From: Haplodiscus bocki
Taxonomy: Eukaryota
Length of the DNA stretch: 64,000 nt
Reading direction: 5' to 3'
Assembly (NCBI GenBank): GCA_965655095.1
Contig: OZ296649.1
Coordinates: forward strand, 136,276,001-136,340,000
The translations under genes and the position numbers were made by a program. Numbering within the stretch: position 1 is the stretch's first letter; each line of letters begins with the position of its first letter. The notes below the pieces were generated by a model. That model had not been told where the DNA came from, ran no database searches, and saw only the letters and a program-made list of their open reading frames with translations. Positions 41,862-55,480 of this stretch are shown piece by piece.

Positions 41862-44800
41862 TAGTACTGACAAAACCAAAAATCAGTGCTCTGCAAGAAA
41901 AAAGGTGCTGAAAATGGCTCCCAAAGTCAATTAGGCCGTGTAATTCAAAAGTTCACACTATCATCTACGTCGTGAGTCGCGTCAATTGTTTCCACGAGAG
42001 ACTACAACTTTAACGTTTACAACCCCACATGACCCAAACAGCTCAATTGAATCTGTAGAAAAAATTGTTCGTGCCAAACTTTAAAAAAACGCTTATGGAG
42101 AATCTAGTTAACTTTGTTACCGGTGATGACACTCGACGTCCTTTTCACGTCAATTTTTATCAGAAACGTATGAACGCTTCGTTGAACATTGTAATTCGGT
42201 GCGCTTTGTAAATTGTTTTAGGAAGTTGGCCACTCTTTGCTGTGATGGATCAAACATCCAAACATAGGTTTTTTTTGAATTAGTGACTGGCTGTTGCCCA
42301 TCACGGTGGTTTGACTTCTTTTCTGCGGCATTCAGAACTATATCGGCTATTCATGTTCAAGCACTGTAACTGATAATTCAGAACATGTGTATCGAATCAC
42401 TTCTCACCACGGAGTGGAGATAACTGGTTTTTTCTTCTTCTGAGAGGTCTCTGAAAGTCTTGAGACTTACCTGAAACTAGTCTTGGATTAAGTCAAACGC
42501 TTTCGACTTAAGAACTGATATCGGCATTGTTGTGAATAAATTTTTGGGTTTCATTAGCGAAGTTCCTGTTTGAGTCGCTGCCGTATTTTGCAATGCCTGT
42601 AGAAAACGTTGTCTGTCTGCTGAAGACTACTGTTTGAACGCTATAACTCTGGTTAACTTGTCGGGCGGGTTTTTGTTTTTGTTGGAATTCCAGAAGTTGG
42701 TTTCTTTTGCGATGCCTCCGCATCATGATGAAAGTTTGCACGACAGCAGTGACGAGGATGAATGTTGACAAAATCTTGGTCTCTGGAAGAGATTTGTATG
42801 ATCTTGAAGGAATTGATCCCCACTCTTCTGGATGAAACTGACTTTTCCTTCGTTTCTAGATGACGACATGCAACGTCTGTAAAAACGGTGTTCTATATTT
42901 CTGTTGTCAAAGTTGCTGATGCATGTATAATCTTTTGCACTGGTGACGTAGCAATGTCGATTACTTTACGAGAGACTTCGAAAATAAATTTTCTGATTCC
43001 AGTCAACTATTCATACGAGTTATCACTTTTTGAGTTTTAAAGATAATTGGTGAAGATTTCTTTTAGCGTAAATTGATTTAAAAACCTCTAGATTTCCTTT
43101 TGGAGCCTGAAGCCGACTTTGTGGAAATTTTGATAGCAGGAAAATGGAGTAAGAAATTTTGGATTTTGAGAAGAATACACAAAACGCAGAGCACCCAAAA
43201 AAATCTTCGTAAAACTGACAGCAGTGGCAAAGCATGCAAAATGAAATCACTAGTACGCAAAAGCGATTACGGAGCCACTCAGTACTGTGAAGACTGGATG
43301 TAGTCAGTATGGTGGAGAACATATGTGCAGACAGTATTACCTGAAATGATTTTCCTAATTCTCAAAACAATTGGTTGTCAGTAAAAAAGAGACGAACCCT
43401 GAACTTATTCGAGAAGTAACAATGTATGTGAATGAACTGAATGAATTTTTTAAAGGTTTGAAGTTTAGACACAGTAAGAAATGGAACCATACGATAACCA
43501 ATACACATTTTACAGCAATTAATGAGTAATACTGCCGGTTTTGCAAGCATATCTATTGAAAAGCTTTGGATCAAGAGAACAGTAAATTTAATATGACATT
43601 GTGATGGTTTTGACAATATTTTAAATGCTGCTTCAACATTTTACCATCGTAGGTCTACTGATAAACCTTGTTAAAAGTAGACCAGCCCATCATAAGACTA
43701 TTTAACTAAAGTCAGTTATGTCGAGATTGACAAAATAAATGAGATGGCAAAAGCAAAATTAGACGATGTAGTAAAAAACCAACACGTATATGAATATAGA
43801 TGTCGGTGCTCAATACAGTTTATTGAACAAAACTAAGCGTGGTTCACATTTACTTGAGAAGATAAACAGCAATTTGGAGACATCAATGAAGAAAATGATA
43901 TATGGAATAAACTACATCAGCATGAAGAGGGTGATAAAGTAGTTTTAGAAAGTAAAGGAGGTGAAGAGAAATTTAAGCATATATTTGAGTCCAATTTCCA
44001 AAAGATTGTGCCAATTCTAAAACGTTTATTAACAAACAAACTACACAAGATAGAATTTGCCTCCCAAGGTGTATAATAGCACATTCAGTTTCCGCAAAAG
44101 ACCAAGAATAAACAGTAACTAAGTATAGGGTATGCTTCACTTGGCATAAAAAAAGGTTTTCTTAACTTATCATTTTTACCAAAAAAATGTATGCGAGAGG
44201 AAATGACAAAGTTAAAAAATCATTTAAAGTTAGTAATTTCAATCCCAACCAAGATTTATTATCCTCATAATACGAAATAACTATAGATTCATACGTCACG
44301 AAAATTATATCCAGTTCGGAAAAAAATTAACGGAGAGGGTACAAAATTTCATAGCAATTTTGTAGATGAGGAATTGGAAACATGTTAAGAAAACAATGAA
44401 AATCTTGATGTAACTATTAGTTCTTTTGGGAGAAAAAAAACCAAATTCGCACAACTGAACGACCAAAAGTTGCATTACTCTTTTTTGATGATAAAATATG
44501 TTAGAAAGGCAGACATGAAGGTGTTACATCGGGACTTTTAGCTGGAATATCTGGAACCAAAAACTTAGAAGGAATTATAGAACAAAAATGAAGTCTAAAA
44601 AGGTTGGGATGATTGTTACACAACCTCAATGGAGAATCATCAAGTCAAAAGTAAAAATTTCACAACTACAAAGGATTGTAAAAGAGAACTTATATCATTT
44701 CTGTGAAAGAAAGAAAAGGATAGATAAGTTTGAATATTATAAGCTCACCTTTTTTTCAGAAGCAGTTTGTGGATTTTTTTGACAAACACTAATAACTTCA

Positions 44801-45740
44801 GAGAAAACGAAATAAGTTTACGTCTCCAAAATGACAACTCTTGAATATTCTGGAGCAGAAAAAGTTCATCTCAAAAACTGCTTGAGAAGTTAAAAAAAAT
44901 AAGAAAATAGAAACACGGAGTAATGAGCATGTTTGCTGTCTTGGAAAGAGCCACAATTCAGAAATAAAAGGAAACTAAACTTCTGGTAGAATTCTGTTTT
45001 GATAAAAATAATCGGATCTGGACTTTCCAGCAATGTGGTTGTTTACGATCTTTACACATGGTTCGGAAGACGGTGACTTTTAGTAGCGATATTGGACTGT
45101 TTGAATTACTTCGTTTTTTGAAATAAACTAAAAATATGAAACCTGACCTTAACCAAAATTTTATTACTCCAACAGTTTCTTCATAAACTACGATTAATAA
45201 TTCAAAGCATTGAATTGAGAGCTGAAAAAGCAAAAATAGTCAGAAAAAACGGGAAAGGTTTAGCTATAGGAAATAAAAAACACAATGGAACAGATACGGG
45301 CTTTAGGTTTCAAGGAGGCTTTCCAAAACCTACAAAGACAAGTGTAAAAACTGCCCAAATTGGCCAAAATACGCCAGAGATAGCCAGAACTGTTTCAAAT
45401 TTTGTTGGAATTGATGATGGTAAGGGCGGATGAAACAAGGCAGAAATTCAAAGAACTCTAAACACCCAACTAATTTTCAAACAAAAGGATACAATGAGCA
45501 ATACCGTTGATGTATACCAAAATGAATTTAGAGAAAATCCAATGATTTCTTCAATAATACAAGGACGAATACAACTCCCGATCATTTCAATTTTGAAAAC
45601 TTCTTTAAAAATTGATGAATTTTAAACATAAAGTGGTCCCAAACCGGAGAAAAAAAACAAATGATGTTTTACAAAAACAACGCGAAGAAGTATAATTTGT
45701 TACTAATTGAAACGAAAAATTTTAAAAAATGGTCCTTTAG
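41862..45740 (+). repeat. Left arm of near-perfect ~3.9-kb inverted repeat
   Basis: The ORF track is mirrored (coordinates sum to 94262). Only a handful of differences seen (e.g. GCS/GYS, MST/MSA, several near the inner end). Confidence 0.97.
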
Positions 45741-46140
45741 GCTTTAATTTAGGAGGCAAAATATTCCATTCGAAATCTTTAGAACATAAGAATAGTAAAA
45801 AGTATCACAGTTCGGTAATGTGATATTTGTGATATTGATGTAATTTCTAAAACAATAGTATCTCATCTTAAAACTACTTAACAAATAACCAAATTTATTA
45901 AACCTAGTTCGTACAATCAGACGACTGATGATATCTATGACGTTGTAAGAATGACAAAATGTTAAAGAAAAATGAGATAATGTTTTGAAATGTTTCCACC
46001 ATTATAAAGAAAATGGTTATTATGTAGTCCGATAAATTGAACAACATAAAACACAATTCACAGCACTATTGAGAAGCAAGATCAATTTGAAGAAATCGAT
46101 GCAAAAACTGATCTGAGGATTAAAGGGCATGCCCAAGAAG
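43590..46140 (+). pseudogene. Decayed Polinton/adintovirus-like gene module (Zn-finger family remnant, penton-like remnant, small basic ORF)
   Basis: HCDGFD...EIDKINE...YEYRCRCSIQF resembles the 62241/63023 family. YSGAEKVHLKNC matches the 32.9-kb remnant. Mirrored at 48521-50670. Confidence 0.5.
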
Positions 46141-46163
46141 AGTGTGAAAGACAAACTTGGGAA

Positions 46164-46205
46164 AGAGAGAGAGAGTGAGAGAGAGAGAGAGAAAGAGTGT
46201 GTGTG
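46164..46205. repeat. (GA)n(GT)n microsatellite
   Basis: Directly visible. Confidence 0.9.
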
Positions 46206-46339
46206 CTTGGTTTTAAGAATCTATGACATGCAAGCATTTACTTAAGTTGAACTTTAATTTTGTCTGCGACATTCTGACTAAAACAATATTAGTTTTTTAA
46301 AAACCACCAAGTGTTGTAGATTTATTTTTTAAAGATGAA

Positions 46340-48270
46340 GATAAAATGTAGTAATAGTCAGTTGAAAAGTAAGTTTTTGTTTGGATACTTTTGTAGATGA
46401 AGAGTAATGTGATGGAAAAAGTTGTCGATAGTTGTAATAGTAGTTCTATTAAAAGAAAAGTTATTGTCAGGTTAAACTTGAAACAATTTCGTATGGAAAG
46501 TAAAAGATATTTAGGGATAGATAATTGCCAATCTTGGTGAAAAATTTTTCTTGAAAATTGTTTACAAATAGGTAAATGTTGGCGTTGTCTCGGGATAATT
46601 CATTAAATTAATTTGTCCAAACATGTTAAACAAAAACATTTAATGACGCTTCTGCAGAGACTTCTGCATGCATTTCTGTTGAAACGTGTGTAGGTTGTTC
46701 TCTAGATACTTCTACGTATACAACTGAATGTAATTCGGTGGTTATTCCTGAGGCTTCATCTACGGAATCCTTTGTTGAATCTTCTGCATTTTTTCGTTGG
46801 ATATTTCTGTGGGTACTTCTGTCTAAAGTGCCGTGGATATTTCTTCGGGTACCTTCGTGGATATTTCCATGGACGCTTCTGCTGATATTTCCGGTTACTG
46901 CCACTGAAACTTTTGAGTGTGCTTTTGCGGACATTTCTGCGAAATATTCGGTAGTTACTCCTATGGATACTTCTACATTGTCTTTTCCAGACGACCTTGA
47001 CGAAATATTGGATAGACTATGTCTTTTATTTCCTGAAAACATGAAATATAACAAATCTTTTCTTGCTCTTTTCAATACAGTATTAAAAGGTTTATGTGAA
47101 GCTCATGAAGAACGTGAAAGTGCTGAAGGAAATCTTTCATTGAAGGCTATCCATTTTTTCTTCTGCATGTAACTTCTTTGGGAACACTGTTAGAAAAATT
47201 AAAACAGAAACTTCACGCCCAGAATTGAAAAATTACTTAGATGAAGTTCAATGAAAGAAGTGCAACTTCAAAAGTTTCGTGTTAACTTTCTTCAATATGT
47301 TGTATTTTTTTTTCAAAACGTCTCCTATTTTCTTCCCCCTATTATCTACATTCTTTCTAGTAGCTTTTTCATGAGCTTCAAACGTTTTTCCGTTTGCGGA
47401 ATTTTCTTCCAATTGTTCGTTTACAGTAGAAAATTCCGTCTCTTTGCATTCTTTTCCTGAAACGTCTAATTAACATTTTATTACTTTTAATGTAATTACA
47501 GCATTTTATGTTAGTATTTCAGCTATTTCTCGAGAAGTTTTTGTTTAACCTGAAGAGATAATGAAATTTTTGTCCATCTTTTGCTTGTTTAGACTTAGAA
47601 GTTGACATTTATTTCACAATTAACTTGTTAGACAGTTGTGTACTTCTACTTCAGCAAGTATTTCTATGGATACTTTTACACATAAAGGTTCCAAGTGGTT
47701 GAAAAAAGTTGTCAATTGGAGTAATGAAACTTCAAGTAGAGAAGAATGTTTATGATAATTAGGAAACAAAGTTGTAGAAGATTGTAAAACTTGCTTAGAG
47801 AGTAACAATTTTTTTCCTACAAGGGAAATCTTCATAGAAATTTTTTTAAAACGGAAAAGTTGAATGACGGTATTGTTTTGCTAGCTTTTATTAAACTATA
47901 AAACCTAAACAGTGAAGAAAAAGACAACAGATGCTGTGGTACTGTGGCAGCTAATTCTGCAAAAAAAATTCTGAAGATCCCTCTTTTGATGATTGTGTGG
48001 GCAGTACTGCAATTTTTTCTGTAGTATTTTCAATGGATACTTCTCTGTTTACTTCTATGGATACTTCTGCTTTTAAAAATGTGGTTACTTCTGTGGGCAC
48101 TTCTGTAGTATTTCTTCCAGATGATGTTGACGATTTCGTTGACACAAGACTTTTTTTAAATTCCTGAAAACATAAAAACCAACAAGATGTTATAGCTATT
48201 CTTAAAACGTCAGTAGAACAAGAATGTGTGACTAATGAAAAATGTGAAAAAACTATAGAAAGTCCCATTC
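46340..48270 (-). repeat. Old tandem duplication containing 12-nt-period low-complexity ORF-like tracts
   Basis: ORFs 46626-47075 and 47951-48268 share SSxSSGxxxxEV and EVSxE repeats. Flanks ~46400-46500 and ~47690-47790 are also similar. Confidence 0.5.
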
Positions 48271-48520
48271 AGTACTTGAGCGGAAATATAATTTTGAAGC
48301 AATTAACTTCTTTGTAAAATATATGGATTAAATGAAAACATTAATCCTATATCAAGAATTTAAAAAATTTTTAACGATGAACGAAAAAAAGTACAACTTT
48401 TTACGGTACCTGTTAAACTTTTTAATATTGTGGTTTTATCTAAAGGAAAACCTTTCTTTCCTTTCTCAAAAAATCTAGACTCAGGGCAAAAGCTTTTCCA
48501 TTGCTCTCAAGCGTTCTCGT

Positions 48521-51500
48521 CTAAAGGACCATTTTTTTAAATTTTTCGTTTCAATTAGTAACAAATTATACTTCTTCGCGTTGTTTTTGTAAAACTTCAT
48601 TTGTTTTTTTTTCTCCGGTTTTGGACCACTTTATGTTTAAAATTCATCGATTTTTAAAGAAGTTTTCAAAATTGAAATGATCGGGAGTTGTATTCGTCCT
48701 TGTATTATTGAAGAAATCATTGGATTTTCTCTAAATTCATTTTGGTATACATCAACGGTATTGCTCATTGTATCCTTTTGTTTGAAAATTAGTTGGGTGT
48801 TTAGAGTTCTTTGAATTTCTGCCTTGTTTCATCCGCCCTTACCATCATCAATTCCAACAAAATTTGAAACAGTTCTGGCTATCTCTGGCGTATTTTGGCC
48901 AATTTGGGCAGTTTTTACACTTGTCTTTGTAGGTTTTGGAAAGCCTCCTTGAAACCTAAAGCCCGTATCTGTTCCATTGTGTTTTTTATTTCCTATAGCT
49001 AAACCTTTCCCGTTTTTTCTGACTATTTTTGCTTTTTCAGCTCTCAATTCAATGCTTTGAATTATTAATCGTAGTTTATGAAGAAACTGTTGGAGTAATA
49101 AAATTTTGGTTAAGGTCAGGTTTCATATTTTTAGTTTATTTCAAAAAACGAAGTAATTCAAACAGTCCAATATCGCTACTAAAAGTCACCGTCTTCCGAA
49201 CCATGTGTAAAGATCGTAAACAACCACATTGCTGGAAAGTCCAGATCCGATTATTTTTATCAAAACAGAATTCTACCAGAAGTTTAGTTTCCTTTTATTT
49301 CTGAATTGTGGCTCTTTCCAAGACAGCAAACATGCTCATTACTCCGTGTTTCTATTTTCTTATTTTTTTTAACTTCTCAAGCAGTTTTTGAGATGAACTT
49401 TTTCTGCTCCAGAATATTCAAGAGTTGTCATTTTGGAGACGTAAACTTATTTCGTTTTCTCTGAAGTTATTAGTGTTTGTCAAAAAAATCCACAAACTGC
49501 TTCTGAAAAAAAGGTGAGCTTATAATATTCAAACTTATCTATCCTTTTCTTTCTTTCACAGAAATGATATAAGTTCTCTTTTACAATCCTTTGTAGTTGT
49601 GAAATTTTTACTTTTGACTTGATGATTCTCCATTGAGGTTGTGTAACAATCATCCCAACCTTTTTAGACTTCATTTTTGTTCTATAATTCCTTCTAAGTT
49701 TTTGGTTCCAGATATTCCAGCTAAAAGTCCCGATGTAACACCTTCATGTCTGCCTTTCTAACATATTTTATCATCAAAAAAGAGTAATGCAACTTTTGGT
49801 CGTTCAGTTGTGCGAATTTGGTTTTTTTTCTCCCAAAAGAACTAATAGTTACATCAAGATTTTCATTGTTTTCTTAACATGTTTCCAATTCCTCATCTAC
49901 AAAATTGCTATGAAATTTTGTACCCTCTCCGTTAATTTTTTTCCGAACTGGATATAATTTTCGTGACGTATGAATCTATAGTTATTTCGTATTATGAGGA
50001 TAATAAATCTTGGTTGGGATTGAAATTACTAACTTTAAATGATTTTTTAACTTTGTCATTTCCTCTCGCATACATTTTTTTGGTAAAAATGATAAGTTAA
50101 GAAAACCTTTTTTTATGCCAAGTGAAGCATACCCTATACTTAGTTACTGTTTATTCTTGGTCTTTTGCGGAAACTGAATGTGCTATTATACACCTTGGGA
50201 GGCAAATTCTATCTTGTGTAGTTTGTTTGTTAATAAACGTTTTAGAATTGGCACAATCTTTTGGAAATTGGACTCAAATATATGCTTAAATTTCTCTTCA
50301 CCTCCTTTACTTTCTAAAACTACTTTATCACCCTCTTCATGCTGATGTAGTTTATTCCATATATCATTTTCTTCATTGATGTCTCCAAATTGCTGTTTAT
50401 CTTCTCAAGTAAATGTGAACCACGCTTAGTTTTGTTCAATAAACTGTATTGAGCACCGACATCTATATTCATATACGTGTTGGTTTTTTACTACATCGTC
50501 TAATTTTGCTTTTGCCATCTCATTTATTTTGTCAATCTCGACATAACTGACTTTAGTTAAATAGTCTTATGATGGGCTGGTCTACTTTTAACAAGGTTTA
50601 TCAGTAGACCTACGATGGTAAAATGTTGAAGCAGCATTTAAAATATTGTCAAAACCATCACAATGTCATATTAAATTTACTGTTCTCTTGATCCAAAGCT
50701 TTTCAATAGATATGCTTGCAAAACCGGCAGTATTACTCATTAATTGCTGTAAAATGTGTATTGGTTATCGTATGGTTCCATTTCTTACTGTGTCTAAACT
50801 TCAAACCTTTAAAAAATTCATTCAGTTCATTCACATACATTGTTACTTCTCGAATAAGTTCAGGGTTCGTCTCTTTTTTACTGACAACCAATTGTTTTGA
50901 GAATTAGGAAAATCATTTCAGGTAATACTGTCTGCACATATGTTCTCCACCATACTGACTACATCCAGTCTTCACAGTACTGAGTGGCTCCGTAATCGCT
51001 TTTGCGTACTAGTGATTTCATTTTGCATGCTTTGCCACTGCTGTCAGTTTTACGAAGATTTTTTTGGGTACTCTGCGTTTTGTGTATTCTTCTCAAAATC
51101 CAAAATTTCTTACTCCATTTTCCTGCTATCAAAATTTCCACAAAGTCGGCTTCAGGCTCCAAAAGGAAATCTAGAGGTTTTTAAATCAATTTACGCTAAA
51201 AGAAATCTTCACCAATTATCTTTAAAACTCAAAAAGTGATAACTCGTATGAATAGTTGACTGGAATCAGAAAATTTATTTTCGAAGTCTCTCGTAAAGTA
51301 ATCGACATTGCTACGTCACCAGTGCAAAAGATTATACATGCATCAGCAACTTTGACAACAGAAATATAGAACACCGTTTTTACAGACGTTGCATGTCGTC
51401 ATCTAGAAACGAAGGAAAAGTCAGTTTCATCCAGAAGAGTGGGGATCAATTCCTTCAAGATCATACAAATCTCTTCCAGAGACCAAGATTTTGTCAGCAT

Positions 51501-52402
51501 TCATCCTCGTCACTGCTGTCGTGCAAACTTTCATCATGATGCGGAGGCATCGCAAAAGAAACCAACTTCTGGAATTCCAACAAAAACAAAAACCCGCCCG
51601 ACAAGTTAACCAGAGTTATAGCGTTCAAACAGTAGTCTTCAGCAGACAGACAACGTTTTCTACAGGCATTGCAAAATACGGCAGCGACTCAAACAGGAAC
51701 TTCGCTAATGAAACCCAAAAATTTATTCACAACAATGCCGATATCAGTTCTTAAGTCGAAAGCGTTTGACTTAATCCAAGACTAGTTTCAGGTAAGTCTC
51801 AAGACTTTCAGAGACCTCTCAGAAGAAGAAAAAACCAGTTATCTCCACTCCGTGGTGAGAAGTGATTCGATACACATGTTCTGAATTATCAGTTACAGTG
51901 CTTGAACATGAATAGCCGATATAGTTCTGAATGCCGCAGAAAAGAAGTCAAACCACCGTGATGGGCAACAGCCAGTCACTAATTCAAAAAAAAACCTATG
52001 TTTGGATGTTTGATCCATCACAGCAAAGAGTGGCCAACTTCCTAAAACAATTTACAAAGCGCACCGAATTACAATGTTCAACGAAGCGTTCATACGTTTC
52101 TGATAAAAATTGACGTGAAAAGGACGTCGAGTGTCATCACCGGTAACAAAGTTAACTAGATTCTCCATAAGCGTTTTTTTTAAAGTTTGGCACGAACAAT
52201 TTTTTCTACAGATTCAATTGAGCTGTTTGGGTCATGTGGGGTTGTAAACGTTAAAGTTGTAGTCTCTCGTGGAAACAATTGACGCGACTCACGACGTAGA
52301 TGATAGTGTGAACTTTTGAATTACACGGCCTAATTGACTTTGGGAGCCATTTTCAGCACCTTTTTTCTTGCAGAGCACTGATTTTTGGTTTTGTCAGTAC
52401 TA
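48521..52402 (-). repeat. Right arm of near-perfect ~3.9-kb inverted repeat
   Basis: ctaaaggacc at 48521 is the reverse complement of ggtcctttag ending 45740. Identity drops at 52403. Confidence 0.97.
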
Positions 52403-53434
52403 GGAGTTAGGTTAGCTAGATTACAGGTTTTTGCCAAGTTGTAATTTTTGTTTCAGGGAGTTAATGGAATTTTAAAACGTTTAGGGTTTCACACATTAGC
52501 AACACTGCAACTGTCTATGCTGATTAAAAAGTGTTGTTCATTTCATGATCTAATTCTTTTTTACGATCTTAGTTTTTGTATCAATCTCGGGGTTAACAAC
52601 CCGTTGAGTTTATCAGCTTTTTCAACGGTTGATCTAAGTTTATTAACTTTGTTTATATGGACTGTGGATCTACGATAGCAAATATTTGAATTAAATCTAA
52701 CAAAAATGTCAGAAACATCACTATGACATGGTTTCCAATTATTTTTATACAATCCAAAGTTTTTAAATAGACTTTTCCGTTTCCTAACTTGAATATTTTG
52801 ATGCAATTTGGCAAAAGTCTGCTTTTGTGGTTGTATGGTGTCAATTGGTTAAGGTATTGTTCGATTCATAAATACAGACCACAAAATAATAGTCCGTATA
52901 GTTTATTTACACATTTTGTCACATTTCAAGTGAGTTCAATTTTGCTCTCAATTATACTGATGGCGTTTTAATTTTTTAATTAGGGGTTTCACTCTCAGTA
53001 ATACTATCTGCTTTTTTGTGCTCAACTATACTGACTAAAACCACTGTTGGATGTACTGACTGGACCCGTAGTCATTTTTGCTTAATACTGAAATCTAGTC
53101 AGCATCAGGCTGAAAAATCTATTGAAGGAAAAAAATTTCAGCGTACAGGAACGCAATATGAGGTTCTGTTCTGAAACCGATGGTGTTTAATTTTTAGAAA
53201 AGCTATAGAAAACTGAAGTGCTAAATATATTCTAGAGGTACATTAATTTGGAACTAATTTTCAAAGCGATTGTAATTTTCTTGATTCACATTTTATCTGG
53301 GTATCTGTCCAAACGGATAGATCTTGTGAGTGGAAGATGTACAAGAAATGTAGCAGACCTTTGATAGAAGGATAAGTCTACGAATATTGGGCATGGAGAA
53401 AGTAATTTAGGATGATTGAAGACTCTAAATGATA
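52403..53434. repeat. Diverged outer right arm
   Basis: Inverted homolog of 40896-41861 with an extra ~35-bp segment near 52580-52620. Confidence 0.85.
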
Positions 53435-54099
53435 ACATGAAGGGACATTTCATTTGTTGGAGGAGGAAAAACTTTAGAGGCCAGTTTTAGCACCATTTTT
53501 CATGCCGAACATTGATTTTTGTTATTGGCAGTAGTATGAGTTCAGTGAGCTAGTTTACAGGCTTTTGCCAAATTGTGACAAAATGTTTCGGGGGAGTTAG
53601 TTAAAGTTTAAAACATTTAATGTTTCAGACATTAGCACCACTGCAATCACCTATGCAAATGAAAACTACACTTCTCATCACGTATTTTTGATGCTCAGAT
53701 AGTAACCGTTGGGAGTTTTCTCTATCCTAGTAATACAATAGCTTAAGCACATCAAAATGCAGCTGATTATCGCTTACCTACGTTTTGTCGACGCTGACGT
53801 ATAATTGACGTTTGACTTTTTAACTCGCATGAAACGCAATTACTTAACAATACCAACGGATTTCATTAACAATGCTACAAAATAGCTTTAATAGCAACTT
53901 TTTAAGTTATCGAGATCTTCTCTGAGATGGCGTCTTCTCGTTGTTGTCTTTATGCATGGTTCGCAGTTGGATGTCGTCTTCGACACACCCAGACTTCTGA
54001 CATTCTACGTGGGGCAAGCGTCGTAATACACTTCGTCCTACTATTATTTCTGGGGCGACTGGACTGTTGCATGTTGACTCTGATGACAGGAAAATGTTT

Positions 54100-55480
54100 T
54101 AGCTGAGTGGTTGAAGGGATTTTTTTGTAGAAATCAGATTGGGTATCAAAAACCCACTCATTGCCGGCGTGGATCAGACTCGTCTGCACAATGTTTTTTT
54201 TTGCGATTATGGTCGTGTGCGCCTGTGTCATTTGATCAAGTTTTTTACCTTAACTCCCATAATAAACCATCGGTGTGTACAGTATCTTCTTTTTCCCGTT
54301 CAAAACAAAGCTTCGATTTTGAAATTTTACCTTTTTTGGGCGTTTTTTGGGATAGTAGAATTAAATTCGACATTTTGTGGGATAGTGGTGTCAACAGCAT
54401 GTCTCGGTTTAGGTGGCAACACGTATTCTAATTGTGATCATTCCTCTCCTCTTCTTTGTCTTTGCTGTTATGTTTTTTGATTGACAATGCTTTTGTACAG
54501 GTATTGGAGGATTTAATTGCCAGATAAAATAAATAAATTGACAAGATGGAGAGTCTGAAAGTTCAATGACACACGGTTTGTTGCAATTTTCAGTCATCAA
54601 GTGACAATCACGCGGAACTTCTTTGAACTTTGCTTCATGGCGTGAAAATTTTCGCCGTTTTTGAATTGTGCAATAAAATGGTTATCAATAGAATGAAAAA
54701 GAAGATGATATTGAGTGACAGCTGAACTTATTTCTGAATAAATTATTTGCGTATGGGAATGCTAAGACGTCCCAATTTGTTCAATTCAGGGCAATATCTT
54801 TGATATAGCGAGGTGACTACACCGGTTTTTGTGTTAGTTTTCATCAAGGTGTAGCAAGTTTTTGCTTGAATTCCTTTTGGCGTCAATTTGTTGGTCTTTT
54901 GAGAAATCTTTGTCAAAAGGGTCTAGATAGTAGATTTCAACAAATTAGTGCATTCGAACAATCGGCATAGAGTTCCAGAACATTTCGATGCTGGCGTCCT
55001 TTCTTCGTCTACTTCGGGTTAGCACTGATTTTGATCAATCTTTTCCTCTGGTTGTCATTTCTGAGTCGGAGACCGTATCTTTTTCCGTCACAGTTTTCAA
55101 ACGCTTTTCTGCAGAGTATTCGATTCTCTACAGCAATTATATTGCTTAGAGAATGAGAAGAGAGCTGATAATCCGGAAGTTTTTGATACCCCGAAGATGC
55201 TGGTGTTCCCGAAAATCTTCTGTCGGACTGTGGAGTTGATTGCGACAAGATTTCTATTGATATCCTTTTTTCATCTCAGAGTCCCTATGTTGGTGGTGAG
55301 CAGGTTGTGAATAAACGTTGAGTTGTGACGGTTTGTCCAGAGAACGTGTTTGAGAAGGTAGCTAAAGACACAAGCGGCTTAGGCGACTGACTCTGATGTT
55401 TCGCAGTTGCTTTTTTGCGATAGTTTTGGCTCTTTTCATGACCCCCACACCGTGTCACCAGTTTTGCCGGTGGTATTTCC
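54100..55480 (-). pseudogene. Decayed Gypsy-like gag-protease remnant
   Basis: Minus strand NDTGAH (~54217-54234, aspartic protease DTGA) downstream of a knuckle-like VTRCGGH (~55440-55460). Confidence 0.3.

Noticed and set aside
40896-53434. Single giant transposon or Polinton whose TIRs are the inverted arms
   Set aside because: No TSD or defined termini found, the arms are mosaics of unrelated fragments, and the spacer encodes no transposase or polymerase.
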